A stretch of 64,000 nucleotides of DNA from Nemertoderma westbladi. Taxonomy: Eukaryota > Animalia > Xenacoelomorpha. Within the stretch, counting starts at the first letter, position 1, and each line of letters begins with the position of its first letter. The stretch covers positions 1 through 64,000 of the forward strand of contig JAUCBJ010008641.1 in NCBI GenBank assembly GCA_032718475.1. The letters are read 5' to 3'. Below the pieces are notes generated by a model, which was not told the DNA's origin, searched no databases, and was given only the letters and a program-made list of their open reading frames with translations. Of the stretch, positions 62,401-64,000 are shown piece by piece. The translations under genes were made by a program, and so were the position numbers.

Positions 62401-64000
62401 GTCACTATCTGGCGAGGCGGCGCTCACCGCGCAATTTATCTTACCCGCTCTGCTGCTACAGAAGCCCAGCCGCACTTCAACCACCGCGACCCACCGGAGA
62501 ATTCTAGAACGCCGTATTTCTTCGTGGAAGTCAGGCGAGATTATCGAGCTGTTTAACGAGGCCAGGGCCATACAATCCCACCTCCCAAAGGTTTCGGCCC
62601 GGGCCAAACAACTCAGGAATACCGCGGCGGAGAGGGCTTTCTGTAAGCATATGTTAACGGGAAACGTTTCTGCGGCAGTGCGTACGCTGGATGAGATGGC
62701 CAAGGGTCAAGTGTTGAACCTGGATGAGGTAATCACCGACAAACATGGGGTTCGCAAGTCGGTTCGCGAGTTCCTCCTGGACAAACACCCCCCTCCAGCT
62801 CCAGCCCACGAGTCCACCCTTATCGGTGAGTCTGATGACGCTCCCGAATATCACAGCGTCATATTCGAGAGGATAGACGCTCAGTTGATCCAATCGATGT
62901 TTCTGCGCTTCCGGGGAACAGCAGGAGGGCCATCTGGTCTCGATGTCCAGGGCTGGAAGCACCTCGCGACACGGTTCCGCAACCCTTCTGTCGACCTGTG
63001 CACCAGCATCGCAAATACGGCGAAGAGGATGGCCCAATCTTCGAATGACCCGCGCGAGCTGGCATCCTTGCTAGCCGCCCGTCTCGTCGCTATCGATAAG
63101 TGTCCCGGGGTCCGCCCAATAGGAGTCGGAGAGGTCTTGCGGAGGGTCATCGGGAAGGCTATCATTAGCTGTATCTCGGAGGATCTCCAGAGCGTGGGCG
63201 GTACCACCCAGATGTGCTGCGGCCAGAAGGCAGGTATCGAGCACGCCATCCACAGCCTGAATGACGCGTTTGCGAGCGACGACTGCGAGGCGGTGCTGCA
63301 GGTGGACGCGAACAACGCGTTCAACTCGTTGAACCGCGCCGCAGCACTGCACAATATCCGCCATGTCTGTCCCTCTCTCCACACCGTTGTATCGAACTGT
63401 TACTCCCTCCCAACGAAGCTTTACATAGGCGGGGAGTTCATATTATCGGCCGAAGGATCAACCCAGGGCGACCCCATTGCTATGCAGATGTACGCGATGG
63501 GATCGATGCCGCTGATCGGCGAGCTGGACGACGCGTCGGAGGTCCTTCAGAAGTGGTATGCCGATGACGCGAACGCGGCGGGAACATTGGTAGAGCTCCG
63601 TAAGTTCTGGGACCTGTTGGCGGAACGAGGGCCGCTGTACGGTTACAACCCCACAAAGTGTCACTTGCTCGTAAAGCCGGATCTGCTGGAGGAAGCTAAG
63701 CGGATGTTCCCCGAGGAATGTTTTACCATCGGGACTGCTGGGAACAATCTCCTCGGTGGAGTGATCGGGAACGCTGAGTACCGGGAGGAGTTCGTCCGGA
63801 AGAAGGTCGACGAGTTTGTCGCCCAGTTACATCAACTCAGCAAGGTCGCAGCAATCGACCCGCACTGTGCCTACGCCGGCCTAGCTATCGGATTAGTTGC
63901 TCGATGGAGGTTCATCGCAAGGGTTGTCCCGGGGGCCATGGATTTCTTCGAGAAGCTCGAGGAGTCCGTCGTCCAGTTCCTCCAGGGCCTGACCAACCGC
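59420..64000 (+). CDS. CRE-clade non-LTR retrotransposon ORF (partial, at least 1527 codons): Cys-rich N-terminus, decapeptide repeat region, reverse transcriptase
   Basis: Hand translation from ATG 59420 (in-frame TAG TAG upstream) finds no stop to the window end. It reads MVVCCGCNPKAGRCLKCVCARTGRKCTDCAPSKWGNCTN...(VSVGAQSGPP)n...WRPNLFLLPPG...LLLQKP...KHPP...GPSGLD...RLVAIDKCPGVRPIGVGEVLRRVIGK...QVDANNAFNSLNR...EGSTQGDPIAM...WYADD...GPLYGYNP...LLGGVIG. Confidence 0.92.
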   Translation, partial: MVVCCGCNPKAGRCLKCVCARTGRKCTDCAPSKWGNCTNSGGQVARSSSTVSQLSCSQPQPTRDALQMPALGTLSQPTDSAFGISGNDTLLDLDDTINGDKVSQSHPLISAVPSQSDPPLSVDALSGPPVSVGAQSGPSVSVGAQSGPPVSVSAQSGPPVSVGAPSGPSVSVGAQSGPPVSDGAQLGPTVPAGAQSGLPVSVSAQSGTPVSVGAPSGPPVSVGAQSGPPVSDGAHLCPTVSAGAQSGLPVSVSAQSGPPVSVGAKSGPPASVSAQSDSPVSFGAQSGPPVSVGAQLGPPVSVGAQSGPPVSVGAQSSPPVLVGAQSGPTVSVGAASVPLVSIGAHSGQPMPVGAQTRPPVSVGAQSGPPVSVGAQSGSPVSVGVQSGQPLSVAAQSGPPVSVGAHSGPDVPVGAQSSPPVPVSAQSGPPVSVGAHSGPPVSVGGQSSPGVSVGAQSSPPVSVGAQSGGTQSGQPVSVGAPSGLPVPVGAQSGPPVSVGAQLGPIMPVGAQSGQRVSVGAQSGQPVPVGAQSGPPVSVGAQSGPPVSDGAHLCPTVSAGAQSGLPVSVSAQSGPPVSVGAKSGPPASVSAQSDSPVSFGAQSGPPVSVGAQLGPPVSVGAQSGPPVSVGAQSSPPVLVGAQSGPTVSVGAASVPLVSIGAHSGQPMPVGAQTRPPVSVGAQSGPPVSVGAQSGSPVSVGVQSGQPLSVAAQSGPPVSVGAHSGPDVPVGAQSSPPVPVSAQSGPPVSVGAHSGPPVSVGGQSSPGVSVGAQSSPPVSVGAQSGGTQSGQPVSVGAPSGLPVPVGAQSGPPVSVGAQLGPIMPVGAQSGQRVSVGAQSGQPVPVGAQSGPPVSVGAQSGPPVSVGAQSGKPAAVGAQSGHPVSVGARSGQPVSFGAQSGPPVSADAQSGRPSAVGAQSGPPVSPNTTVPPTARGHGSNAVAWFGTSLHLDVFAESVHKVHDAIVHWRPNLFLLPPGAIGREVVQEMTRLLNMFNAGSLSGEAALTAQFILPALLLQKPSRTSTTATHRRILERRISSWKSGEIIELFNEARAIQSHLPKVSARAKQLRNTAAERAFCKHMLTGNVSAAVRTLDEMAKGQVLNLDEVITDKHGVRKSVREFLLDKHPPPAPAHESTLIGESDDAPEYHSVIFERIDAQLIQSMFLRFRGTAGGPSGLDVQGWKHLATRFRNPSVDLCTSIANTAKRMAQSSNDPRELASLLAARLVAIDKCPGVRPIGVGEVLRRVIGKAIISCISEDLQSVGGTTQMCCGQKAGIEHAIHSLNDAFASDDCEAVLQVDANNAFNSLNRAAALHNIRHVCPSLHTVVSNCYSLPTKLYIGGEFILSAEGSTQGDPIAMQMYAMGSMPLIGELDDASEVLQKWYADDANAAGTLVELRKFWDLLAERGPLYGYNPTKCHLLVKPDLLEEAKRMFPEECFTIGTAGNNLLGGVIGNAEYREEFVRKKVDEFVAQLHQLSKVAAIDPHCAYAGLAIGLVARWRFIARVVPGAMDFFEKLEESVVQFLQGLTNR
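59762..62182 (+). repeat. Coding minisatellite, 30-bp unit gtgtcggttggtgctcagtcgggtccccca, about 80 copies
   Basis: Tandem 30-mers with two 15-bp half units. A 945-bp block is duplicated (the cggatggtgctcatttatgt variant occurs at 60111 and 61056). Confidence 0.97.

Overview
AT-rich, repeat-dense DNA from an animal genome, most likely an invertebrate. There are no prokaryotic features. Host genes are two intronless rhodopsin-family peptide GPCR paralogs on the - strand (1772-2992 and 28357-29694) and an intronless FAM161/UPF0564-family ciliary gene (42787-45003) with an upstream RFX X-box. The rest is tandem arrays and mobile DNA. Array units are 65, 19, 30, 49, 46, 68, 22, 26, 26 and 30 bp. 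The mobile DNA comprises about eight fragments of one RTE-clade LINE family, a second RTE family copy with TSD, two related non-autonomous TIR elements with 4-bp TSDs, Harbinger-like MITEs, a small Helitron, a Gypsy remnant and a Penelope-like remnant with a hammerhead ribozyme. The most striking feature is missed by the ORF track because it runs off the window. It is an uninterrupted CRE-clade retrotransposon ORF (59420 to >64000) with an N-terminal Cys-rich domain, about 80 in-frame copies of the decapeptide VSVGAQSGPP and an intact reverse transcriptase. Also notable are a 139-bp near-identical tract shared by the otherwise divergent GPCRs and an interleaved A-B-A'-B' inverted-repeat structure. 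All calls were made by eye, and family assignments come from remembered motifs, not database searches.
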